NCBI GenBank assembly: GCA_021789935.1
Contig: JAJYIR010000001.1
Coordinates: 75,807-139,806, forward strand
From: Nitrospirota bacterium
GTDB taxonomy: Bacteria; Nitrospirota; Thermodesulfovibrionia; Thermodesulfovibrionales; JdFR-88
Direction: 5' to 3'
DNA length: 64,000 bases
A program made the translations under genes and the position numbers. The number at the start of each line of letters is the position of its first letter. The first letter of the stretch is position 1. The notes beneath the pieces are model-generated. The model worked only from the letters and a program-made list of their open reading frames with translations, was not told the origin of the DNA and did no database searches. Below, one piece after another: positions 26,589 to 35,291 of the stretch.

Positions 26589-28007
26589 TTAACCTACAAC
26601 ATCCAGTTTCCTGACCCGCAGGTTTTTCACCCCAAGCCTCCCGGCAAGCGCCCGGCATGCCTCCACGTCCACTCCCTCTGTTTCAACGACTGTCACCTGC
26701 ACGTCCGGCGCGCACTTGACGGCGCCGGAAATGAAAGCCAGGAGCGCCCCAAACGCCTCCTTGTGGAGAGGCGCGCATAATTTCCGATAGGTCTCCTCGT
26801 CCTGGGCGTCCAGGCTGATAGAAAAGGAATCTACAAGGCCCGCGAGCTCCGGCAGGATGTCCCTTCCGTTTACAAGGTTGCCCTGCCCGTTGGTATTTAT
26901 CCTCACCCTTCCACCCTTCTCTTTCACCCATTTCGCCACTTCCTTTACCACGTCCAGCCGCATAAGGGGTTCCCCATAGCCGCAAAAGACTATCTCGGAA
27001 TATTTTTTAGGGTCCCCGATCGCTTCCTCTAGCTCCCGGGCGGAGGGCTCGCGCCTGAGCCTTAGCATATGCCCTTTTACGAAATCTCCCTTCATCCGCA
27101 CGCAAAAAGAGCAGTTGTTCGTGCACCTGTTGGTTATGTTCAGATAGAGGCCTTCACGAATGGGATAGGCGATCACGCCTTCGCCAGGCATTTCCCCTAT
27201 GCCAAAGAGCCTTAAAGCGTTGACGGAAGTTATCCTGGCCGCGTCGCTTGCGGTGATGCCCCGCAACTGCGCTATTTTTTCCGCCGTGTATCTGACGTAG
27301 GCGGGCTCGTTTCTGTTCCCCCTTAAAGGCTCCGGGGAGAGATAAGGCGCATCGGTCTCGATAAGTATGCGCTCATCCGGGACTGCGGCCGCAATGCCGG
27401 CCAGCGCGGATGATTTTTTGAAAGTGACCGGCCCCGCAAAGGATATATAAAAACCCATCGCCACCAGCTCTTCAGCCATCTCCATGCCCCCGGAGAAACA
27501 GTGCAAGACGCCCTTTAGTCCCGGTTCGGCATGTACGTATTCATTAAGAATACGGAGCGTGTCCTTTTCCGCCTCCCTTGAATGTACTATAAGGGGCAGC
27601 CCCGTTTCCCGTGCAAGCTCTATATGCCTTTTGAAGACCTCGATCTGGACTTCTTTTGGCGAGTGCATGTAATGATAGTCAAGCCCGGTCTCCCCTATGG
27701 CCACGGTCTTTATGTCTTTGGCAAGGGCCGTCAGGGTCTCAAGCGAACCGCCGTCAAAATCCTTTGCGTCGTGCGGATGAACTCCCGCCGCTGCGTAAAT
27801 GAAATCGTGGGAATGCGCGATCTCCATGGCCGCCCTGGAGCTTTGCAGCCCCGAGCCCACCGTTATGATATGCCTCACGCCCGCGGCTTGCGCGCGCTCC
27901 AGCACCCCCGGCCTGTCCGCGTCAAACTGGGACATGTCCAGATGGCAGTGGGTGTCGACGAGAAAATCGTTATTCATATATGCTGAGGTATCGGATTTTT
28001 TATTCAT
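26589..28007 (-). CDS. TatD-family hydrolase fused to a TatD-associated radical SAM domain
   Basis: N-terminal DTHCHLD...GETGLDY...HSREA...H.FSG...ETDAPYL. C-terminal NITNRCTNNCSFCV (CxxxCxxC). Confidence 0.8.
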   Translation of the reverse strand: MNKKSDTSAYMNNDFLVDTHCHLDMSQFDADRPGVLERAQAAGVRHIITVGSGLQSSRAAMEIAHSHDFIYAAAGVHPHDAKDFDGGSLETLTALAKDIKTVAIGETGLDYHYMHSPKEVQIEVFKRHIELARETGLPLIVHSREAEKDTLRILNEYVHAEPGLKGVLHCFSGGMEMAEELVAMGFYISFAGPVTFKKSSALAGIAAAVPDERILIETDAPYLSPEPLRGNRNEPAYVRYTAEKIAQLRGITASDAARITSVNALRLFGIGEMPGEGVIAYPIREGLYLNITNRCTNNCSFCVRMKGDFVKGHMLRLRREPSARELEEAIGDPKKYSEIVFCGYGEPLMRLDVVKEVAKWVKEKGGRVRINTNGQGNLVNGRDILPELAGLVDSFSISLDAQDEETYRKLCAPLHKEAFGALLAFISGAVKCAPDVQVTVVETEGVDVEACRALAGRLGVKNLRVRKLDVVG

Positions 28008-28058
28008 TTAGACCTGACCGGTTTTTAAAATTTGATACGGAGGGTGTGCCCGTCCGGC

Positions 28059-29288
28059 TCAGGAGCCGAACTTTTTAAGCCTCCCGGCGTTTGCCAGAGC
28101 CAGCGGCATGAGGGTAGCAGATGGAATGATTCCAAGCTCTCCCTTCAGGCACTGTCTTTCGGAGAAACCTTCCGTAAGCCCTCCCAGCACATTAGACGCA
28201 TGGAGCATGACAGGCACCGGGTGCCAGCTGTGGCCTTTCATTACCGCGGGGGTCGAATGGTCCCCGGTGATTATGAGCACCTCCGGTTTCAGGGCGAGTA
28301 TGGATGGAAGAGCCCTGTCCGCCTCCTCTATCTTTTTTACCTTTTCGGCGAAATTGCCGTCTTCTCCGAAGGAGTCCGTCTTCTTGAAATGTATGAAGAA
28401 AAAATCGTAACTGTTCCAGTTGTCCTTCATGTATTCTATCTCTTCACCAAAACTTCCCTCGAAATCGGGGGCCTCCATCCCCATAAGCCGCGCAAGCCCC
28501 CGGTACATCGGGTAAGATGCTATGGCCAGGGCGCGCAGCCCGTAGGCCTCCATAAAAGAGGGCATCCTCGGATGGGTCGAAAACCCACGGACAAGGACAT
28601 AGTTATGGGGGTGCTCTTCCTTTAGTAGCTCCTCCACTTTATTTATGAACTTTCCGGCTATGGCCGCCGTTTTTTCCGCCTTCGGGTGTTTGGGTATAAG
28701 GGGCAGCGGCGACTTGCCCTCCATCTGCGGGTCTGAATCATTGACCATGGCGGCCTCGGGAGTGAGAGTCTCCGGGAACCTCATGATGACGGCAAAGCGG
28801 TGCTCCATCCCCGGGCCGAATATGAACCTGACCCCGTCTATCTCCGGGATTTCCCTCTGGAGCCGTTCCGTGACCTTGCGCATCCTGCCAGTAGGAGGCC
28901 TGCCCGCCCTCCTGTCAGTTATTACATTGTCTTCCAGAGTTGCGTAATTGCACCTGATGGCGACATCGGTCTTTTTAACATCCAGACCCAGGCCCACGGC
29001 CTCCAGGATGCCCCTGCCGATCTCCCATTTAAGCGGGTTGTACCCGAAAAGCCCCAGATGGCCCGGTCCGCTGCCCGGCGTAATGCCGGGTCCTACGGGA
29101 ATATGCAAGCCGCAGGCCGATGCCCCGGACAACTTGTCCATATTAGGGGTCTGCGCGGCCTCCAGTTCTGTTTTGCCCGTAAACGGCCCGCCGGTCCCCT
29201 TATAGGGCAGACCTCCAACCCCGTCCAGCACGAGTAAAACGATCTTGCTGCCGTTTTTTTGCAAAAGCCCTTTTATTATCGCGTGCAT
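28059..29288 (-). CDS. apgM: Cofactor-independent phosphoglycerate mutase, archaeal type (alkaline-phosphatase superfamily)
   Basis: [12 protein letters not shown]..., DSDPQ and TGDHSTP motifs; about 409 aa. Confidence 0.8.
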   Translation of the reverse strand: MHAIIKGLLQKNGSKIVLLVLDGVGGLPYKGTGGPFTGKTELEAAQTPNMDKLSGASACGLHIPVGPGITPGSGPGHLGLFGYNPLKWEIGRGILEAVGLGLDVKKTDVAIRCNYATLEDNVITDRRAGRPPTGRMRKVTERLQREIPEIDGVRFIFGPGMEHRFAVIMRFPETLTPEAAMVNDSDPQMEGKSPLPLIPKHPKAEKTAAIAGKFINKVEELLKEEHPHNYVLVRGFSTHPRMPSFMEAYGLRALAIASYPMYRGLARLMGMEAPDFEGSFGEEIEYMKDNWNSYDFFFIHFKKTDSFGEDGNFAEKVKKIEEADRALPSILALKPEVLIITGDHSTPAVMKGHSWHPVPVMLHASNVLGGLTEGFSERQCLKGELGIIPSATLMPLALANAGRLKKFGS

Positions 29289-29341
29289 AATGAGTCATTT
29301 TACTCCAAAGCGCCGCTTTTTGAAAAGAAGATATATTTCCA

Positions 29342-29369
29342 TTGACAAAATAGCGGAATTACAGATAAA
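29342..29369 (+). promoter_or_regulatory. Candidate sigma-70 promoter of rpmH, implying a near-leaderless mRNA
   Basis: TTGACA at 29342-29347, a 16-nt spacer, then GATAAA at 29364-29369. The ATG is at 29380 with no SD in between. Confidence 0.35.
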
Positions 29370-29379
29370 CTCTTGGACT

Positions 29380-29523
29380 ATGGGCGGAACATACACGACA
29401 TATCATCCTCACACAAGAAGAAGAAAGAGGAACCTGGGCTTTCTCAAGAAGATGAGCACTAAGGGTGGCCGTAACATCCTTAAAAGAAGAAGGGCAAAAG
29501 GCAGAAAAAAACTCACTGTCTAA
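29380..29523 (+). CDS. rpmH: 50S ribosomal protein L34
   Basis: [41 protein letters not shown] matches the L34 consensus. The start is taken at an internal ATG of the track ORF. Confidence 0.9.
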   Translation: MGGTYTTYHPHTRRRKRNLGFLKKMSTKGGRNILKRRRAKGRKKLTV

Positions 29524-29571
29524 TCCGTAAGCAAAACGAAGCAACAACAAACAAAAAAGCCCTTTTTCAAA

Positions 29572-29784
29572 ATGTTTAAAAAGCTCGTTCTTCTGCTGAT
29601 AAAGTTCTATCAGGCGGTCTTGTCTCCTTTTTTGCCGGCAAGCTGCCGGTTTACTCCGTCATGCTCGGAATACGCAAGGCAGGCTGTCGGGCGATACGGA
29701 GTGCTTAAGGGCGGATGGCTCGGGCTCAAGCGGCTCGCCAGGTGCAATCCTTTTAACGCCGGGGGTTACGATCCCCTCAGGTAA
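29572..29784 (+). CDS. yidD: Membrane protein insertion efficiency factor YidD
   Basis: YQAVLSPFLPASCRFTPSCSEYARQAV...CNPFNAGGYDP. Confidence 0.9.
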   Translation: MFKKLVLLLIKFYQAVLSPFLPASCRFTPSCSEYARQAVGRYGVLKGGWLGLKRLARCNPFNAGGYDPLR

Positions 29785-29943
29785 TAACAAAAAACGCTCT
29801 TTTTTTCTACTGCACCGCCTTTCTTGACCCGGCAGACACGCCGGAAAAGCGGAGCAAATGGATGACGAGCGTATCCCGGAGATCAAGCGGGCGAATATGA
29901 TAATCACAAATTCGTTGCACCGGAGGTCCGGGAGGACCTAAAT

Positions 29944-31494
29944 ATGGATAAAAAAGCTCTATTGGCAGTAGTCTTATCAGTCGGCGTGCTGGTTTTATAC
30001 CAGTACTTCGTCGTCCCCAAACAAATGCCAGTCCCAGCCGCGCCGGTCTCCCAACAACCAGCTGCAGCAGCCAAAAAAATGGCCGTTCAGGAAACGGTGT
30101 CCTCCGCAGCGCTCTCTCATGGTGCTCAGCCTTCCGCGGAACACATCGTAACTGTGGAGACGGACCAGTACGTGGCCAGGTTCTCAACTGTCGGCGGTGT
30201 GCCGGACTACTGGATGCTTAAAAAATATAAGGGAGACACCAAGCAGACCAAAAACCAGAACGTGGTTATACTGCACCCCGGCAGTTCTCCGCCGCCTCTG
30301 GCCTTGGGTCTGGTCTCCGATTTCGATGCTGCGCGCCTGAACTTCAGCGTTACCGGCGGAGACCTTAAGCTGGACAAATCCCACCCGGAAGGAAAGATAG
30401 TATTTGAGTACTCCTCCGGCCAGGCGCTCATTAGAAGGACTTACACCTTTCACAATGGGCAGTACCGGGTAGACCTGAAAGACGAGGTCAGAGGTTTCCC
30501 GAACTATAACATTACGCTGGGACCCGATTTCGGCATCTATTCCACCCAGGGCGGACGGGGCGTCCATGTGGGACCGGTCCTGCTTTCAGGGACCAACAGG
30601 ATAGAGGTAACACCCAAGAAGCTGGAGCATGGAACGATCTCCTACTCCGAGGACGTAAAATGGATCGCGCAGGAAGACAAATATTTCTGTTCGGCCATAG
30701 TGCCCCTCTCCAGGATGAATGAAGCCTCCGCATTCATGCAAAACGGCAATCCCATAATTACGTTCAGGGCCAAAAATCCCTCCGTTGAGGAGTTCGCCAT
30801 CTATGCCGGGCCGAAAAAACAGCGAGATCTGGCGGCCTTGGGCTCCGGGTTGCAGTACATAGTGGATTTCGGGTTTTTCTCAATCATTTCCCGCCCCATA
30901 CTGTGGCTTCTCAAACTTATAAATTCCGCGGTGGGCAATTACGGGTGGTCCATCATCCTTCTTACGATACTGATAAGGATACCCTTTCTGCCCATAGTGG
31001 CCAAGGGCCAGAAGTCCATGAAAAAGCTCCAGATGGTCCAGCCCATGATGCAGGAGATAAGGCAGAAATACAAGAAAGACCCCCAGAGGATGCAAAGAGA
31101 GATAATGGAGCTTTACAAGAAGCACAAGGTAAACCCTATGGGCGGATGCCTTCCGATGCTGCTCCAGATACCGGTCTTCTTTGCTCTCTACAAGGTACTG
31201 CTGATAGCGATCGAACTGAGGGGGGCGCCTTTTGCCCTCTGGATAACCGACCTCTCCCAGAAGGACCCTTATTATGTGCTGCCCATCGTAATGGGCATAA
31301 CTATGTTCATACAACAGAAGATAACGCCGACCAACCCCGGCAACCCGGCCCAGCAAAAACTGATGCTGTTCATGCCCGTGATCTTCACCTTCATGTTCAT
31401 GAATTTCGCGTCGGGCCTGGTGCTCTACTGGCTTGTGAACAATGTGCTTTCCGTGGCCCAGCAGGCCTACATTAACAAGAAGGTCACAGTCTGA
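29944..31494 (+). CDS. yidC: Membrane protein insertase YidC
   Basis: N-terminal TM, a periplasmic domain, and the C-terminal 60-kDa IMP core (GWSIILLTILIRIPFLP, GGCLPMLLQIPVFFALY). Confidence 0.95.
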   Translation: MDKKALLAVVLSVGVLVLYQYFVVPKQMPVPAAPVSQQPAAAAKKMAVQETVSSAALSHGAQPSAEHIVTVETDQYVARFSTVGGVPDYWMLKKYKGDTKQTKNQNVVILHPGSSPPPLALGLVSDFDAARLNFSVTGGDLKLDKSHPEGKIVFEYSSGQALIRRTYTFHNGQYRVDLKDEVRGFPNYNITLGPDFGIYSTQGGRGVHVGPVLLSGTNRIEVTPKKLEHGTISYSEDVKWIAQEDKYFCSAIVPLSRMNEASAFMQNGNPIITFRAKNPSVEEFAIYAGPKKQRDLAALGSGLQYIVDFGFFSIISRPILWLLKLINSAVGNYGWSIILLTILIRIPFLPIVAKGQKSMKKLQMVQPMMQEIRQKYKKDPQRMQREIMELYKKHKVNPMGGCLPMLLQIPVFFALYKVLLIAIELRGAPFALWITDLSQKDPYYVLPIVMGITMFIQQKITPTNPGNPAQQKLMLFMPVIFTFMFMNFASGLVLYWLVNNVLSVAQQAYINKKVTV

Positions 31495-32479
31495 GGGTAA
31501 GGGCCATCTTCATGGCCTCTATCATGCTTGCAGGGTCCGCTTTGCCTTTCCACGCAATGTCATAAGCCGTGCCGTGGTCCGGAGATGTCCTTATAATGGG
31601 AAGCCCGACCGTCACATTGACCCCTTTTTCGAACGCCACCATCTTAAGCGGGATGAGCCCCTGGTCATGATACATCGCCACAACGATGTCCACCTGCCCG
31701 GTATAGGCCTTCCTGAAAAGGGCATCGGGGGCGACAGGGCCCTGCACTCTTATGCCCTTGTCCCTGGCCTCACGGACGGCAGGCCCTATCTGCTCGATCT
31801 CTTCAGAGCCGAAAAGCCCGGCCTCCCCTGCATGGGGGTTAAGGCCGCAGACGGCGATCCGCGGTCTTTTGATGCCAAGCATCCTTGCGGCCCTTACGGC
31901 AAGTATTATCTTCCCCGCCACCGCATCTTTTCTGATAAGGCGCGGCACATTTTTAATGGCGGTATGAGTGGTCACAAGCAGCACCCTTAAGGGCCCTCCG
32001 GTAAGCATCATGGCAAATTCGGAGGTCCCTGTGAACCTGGCCAGCATCTCGGTATGCCCCGGGTATTTTACCCCGGCCATACCCAGTGCCTCCTTGGAAA
32101 TGGGCGCGGTGCAGATGGCGGCCACCTTCCCCTGCATGGCAAGCGCGGCGGCCTTTTTTATATATTCATAAGAGGCTTTTCCGCCTTCGGCCGTGGGGGC
32201 GCCCCTTTTGAACACACAAGCCTCATCAGGGACCGTCTCAATGAGCTCCAAAAAACCTCCGCCGGGACGGCTTTCCTCCGCCGCGGCAATGCAGCGGATC
32301 GTCCGGGGGAGTTTTAGCATTCTCACGGCCTTTTCAACCGGCGCCCGGGCACCTATGAGGATGGGGGCGCATATTGAACATACATCCGGGCTGGAGGCCG
32401 CCCCCACCGCCACCTCGGGCCCTATGCCGCCCGGCTCGCCTATGGTCACCGCAATTTTTTTCAGTTCCGCCCTTCGCAT
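31484..32479 (-). CDS. pdxA: 4-hydroxythreonine-4-phosphate dehydrogenase
   Basis: GEPGGIGPE, GHTE, NPHAGE, YHDQGLIP and TSPDHGTA motifs. Confidence 0.9.
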   Translation of the reverse strand: MRRAELKKIAVTIGEPGGIGPEVAVGAASSPDVCSICAPILIGARAPVEKAVRMLKLPRTIRCIAAAEESRPGGGFLELIETVPDEACVFKRGAPTAEGGKASYEYIKKAAALAMQGKVAAICTAPISKEALGMAGVKYPGHTEMLARFTGTSEFAMMLTGGPLRVLLVTTHTAIKNVPRLIRKDAVAGKIILAVRAARMLGIKRPRIAVCGLNPHAGEAGLFGSEEIEQIGPAVREARDKGIRVQGPVAPDALFRKAYTGQVDIVVAMYHDQGLIPLKMVAFEKGVNVTVGLPIIRTSPDHGTAYDIAWKGKADPASMIEAMKMALTLRL

Positions 32480-32584
32480 GGTCCCTTTATTTTACACAAA
32501 TGGGCCTTAAATTGACTTTCCGCGGCGACGCCTGATAAAGTAAGTAAGCGCTAACGTAATTTACTGGAAAAATTCATTATTGCC

Positions 32585-33925
32585 ATGAGAAACGGACCGG
32601 GAAAATTTATTGCTTTTTTTTTGCCTGCTGCCTTAGCGGTCTTTTTCCTGTTTGCTCCAGGGGCGGGCTGGGCGCAGCCCAGCGTTGATTTGACAATAAA
32701 GGCTGGCGAGACACTTACGCTGGACAAGGCCATTCATATTTCTCTGGCGCTTAACCCGGACATACTCGCCGCCATGGGCACGGAGAAGGCGGCCCGGAGC
32801 CTTATCGGCCAGGCAAAGTCCAACTACTACCCCCAGGTAAGCCTAGCGGCTTCGCAGCAGGAATACTCCCTTACAAACCATAATGCCACATCCGGAGGGA
32901 AAAATCTGGCTTTGAGCGGCTTTACAACAGACGCGTCCGTCTCCCAGAACATCTACGATTTCGGCAGGACTTCCGCCCAGGTAAAGACCCAAAAGTACGC
33001 CTGGCATTCCACGCGGCAGGACCTGGAGAGCGTACGGGAGAACGTGACCCTGCTGGTGAAGCAGGCATACTATGCTCTTTTACAGGCCCAAAGGAACATC
33101 GATGTGGCCAATACGGTCGTGGGCCAGCTGGAACAGCACCTGAAACAGGCCACCGCGTTTCATGAGGCCGGCACAAAGCCGAAATACGACGTCACTCTTG
33201 CCCAGGTAAACTTGAGCAACGCCAGGCTGAACCTGATAGTAGTTAAAAATGACGCGGCCATCGCGAGGGCAAACCTGAACAATGTGATGGGGGTCCCCGG
33301 CGCCCCCGCATACAACGCGGAGGACAACCTGGGATTCCGGAAATACGATGTCAAATTCGCGGAGGCCCTTAAAATGGCTTACGCAAACCGGCCGGACCTG
33401 AAGTCCCTCGTTTTCAGAGAAAGGGCGGCCCAGGAAAACATCTCTTTTGCCAAAGCAGGATATTATCCGGCTCTCTCCGGTACGGCAAGCTATGGATACA
33501 CCGGGGAAAGCCTGCCCCTGAACAGTTACTGGACGGCGGGCATAACCATAAGCTTCCCGGTCTTCAGCGGGTTCCTCACAAAATACCAGCTCATCCAGTC
33601 CAGGGAAAACCTGCACGTGCTGGGGGCGAATGAGGAGTCTTTAAAACAGTCTATTTTCCTTGAAGTTCAGACCGATTTTCTTAATCTGAAAGAGGCGGAG
33701 GAAAGGGTGTCGGCGGCGAAGCTGGTCGCTGACCAGGCAAAGGAGAATCTTGACGTGGCCAACGGTATGTACAAATACGGAGTGGGAAACGCCCTGGACG
33801 TGACCGATGCCCTTACAACATACAGCAGCGCGCAGACCTCATATATAGCCGCGCTTTACGACTATAAAACAGCTCAGGCGAATATAGAGAAGGCCATGGG
33901 GCTCTATGGAGGTGGACAGAAATGA
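32585..33925 (+). CDS. TolC-family outer membrane efflux protein
   Basis: Signal peptide and two OEP repeats (LSLALNPDILAA..., YYPALSGTASYGY). Confidence 0.85.
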   Translation: MRNGPGKFIAFFLPAALAVFFLFAPGAGWAQPSVDLTIKAGETLTLDKAIHISLALNPDILAAMGTEKAARSLIGQAKSNYYPQVSLAASQQEYSLTNHNATSGGKNLALSGFTTDASVSQNIYDFGRTSAQVKTQKYAWHSTRQDLESVRENVTLLVKQAYYALLQAQRNIDVANTVVGQLEQHLKQATAFHEAGTKPKYDVTLAQVNLSNARLNLIVVKNDAAIARANLNNVMGVPGAPAYNAEDNLGFRKYDVKFAEALKMAYANRPDLKSLVFRERAAQENISFAKAGYYPALSGTASYGYTGESLPLNSYWTAGITISFPVFSGFLTKYQLIQSRENLHVLGANEESLKQSIFLEVQTDFLNLKEAEERVSAAKLVADQAKENLDVANGMYKYGVGNALDVTDALTTYSSAQTSYIAALYDYKTAQANIEKAMGLYGGGQK

Positions 33926-35105
33926 ATTTTTTTGTTTTTTTGGCCGGGATATGGCGGGCGGCCCGGACGTGAAGGATTTTACCCTTTTTCCGCGGTTTTT
34001 CCGGTTTTCAAGCAAGATGGTCCTCGCGTCGCTTTGCGCCGTTTCCATTGCGGCCTGCCAGGCAAAAAAGCCCGGCAAGCCCGTTTACAGGCCGTCCGTG
34101 CCCGTATCCGCAGCATACTCAGAGACCAGGACCATACCCGTGCAGATAACCGCCATAGGCACCGGGGAGGCTTATTCGACCGTTGCAGTCAAATCCATGG
34201 TCAGCGGCCAGATAGTTAAAATATTTTACAAGGACGGCCAGTATGTAAGGAAAGGGCAGCTTCTCTTCGAGATAGACAGGCGGCCTTACCAGGCGGCCCT
34301 CCTGCAGGCCCGCGCCAATATGGACCGCGACAGGGACATCTATGAAAACGATCAAAGAGATGCGAAGCGCTACGAGTTTCTCGTGAAGAAGGACTACGTG
34401 CCGCGGGAGCAGTATGACCAGCTCAGGTCTAATGCGGAGGCACAGGGAGCGGTCGTTGCGGCCGACAAGGCAGCCCTGCAGAACATTGAAATCCAGCTGG
34501 ACTACTGCATGATCCGGTCCCCCATTGGCGGGCGCACCGGCAGCACCCAGATACAGATTGGCAACGTGGTCAAGGCAAATGACGTGCCCATGCTCACGAT
34601 AGCCAAGGTCAACCCCATATATGTTGATTTCTCGGTGCCGGAAAGATACCTGGCGGACATTAAAAAATATAACGGGCCTGGAGGGCTCAAGGTTACGGCG
34701 CTCATACCCGGGTTGCCCGCGAATGCTCCGGAGGTTGGCAGGCTCACATTCATAAACAACCAGGTAGACACGGCGACGGGGACGATATTGCTCAAAGGAA
34801 CGTTCCGGAACACCAGGCGGCTCCTGTGGCCGGGCCAGTTCGCCAATGTGACGCTTTATCTCACTACCATGCCCAATGCCGTCCTTGTCCCTTCCCAGGC
34901 TGTGCAAACCGGTCAGGATGAACAGTATGTCTTTGTCATAAAACCTGATATGTCGGTCGGCATGCGTCCGGTCAAAACGGGTGTGACATATGATGGCCAT
35001 ACCGTAATAGAAAAGGGCATATCTGCGGGAGAACGCGTGGTGACGGACGGGCAGATGCGGCTAGTCCCTGGCACAAAGGTGGTCATCAAGCCCTCCGTGC
35101 ATTAA
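33906..35105 (+). CDS. RND efflux periplasmic adaptor (membrane fusion protein), lipoprotein
   Basis: Lipobox SIAAC and a HlyD_D23-type core (IRSPIGGRTG). The true start is probably internal (ATG 33951 or 34017). Confidence 0.85.
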   Translation: MEVDRNEFFCFFGRDMAGGPDVKDFTLFPRFFRFSSKMVLASLCAVSIAACQAKKPGKPVYRPSVPVSAAYSETRTIPVQITAIGTGEAYSTVAVKSMVSGQIVKIFYKDGQYVRKGQLLFEIDRRPYQAALLQARANMDRDRDIYENDQRDAKRYEFLVKKDYVPREQYDQLRSNAEAQGAVVAADKAALQNIEIQLDYCMIRSPIGGRTGSTQIQIGNVVKANDVPMLTIAKVNPIYVDFSVPERYLADIKKYNGPGGLKVTALIPGLPANAPEVGRLTFINNQVDTATGTILLKGTFRNTRRLLWPGQFANVTLYLTTMPNAVLVPSQAVQTGQDEQYVFVIKPDMSVGMRPVKTGVTYDGHTVIEKGISAGERVVTDGQMRLVPGTKVVIKPSVH

Positions 35106-35291
35106 CAAGATGATTAAAACCTGCTCACATAATACCTGTCCCGTTGCCTGGTCTCTGCCCGCCATTGCGGCTCTGGATTTTATTTTGGCAAGGATAAAAC
35201 GGGTCCTGGCGATTGCACCCCTTTTGATTTTGCCGCCTGCTGACGGCATCCGCGAAATTTGCGGTCCGGGGACAGGCCCCTGTAAAAGAGC

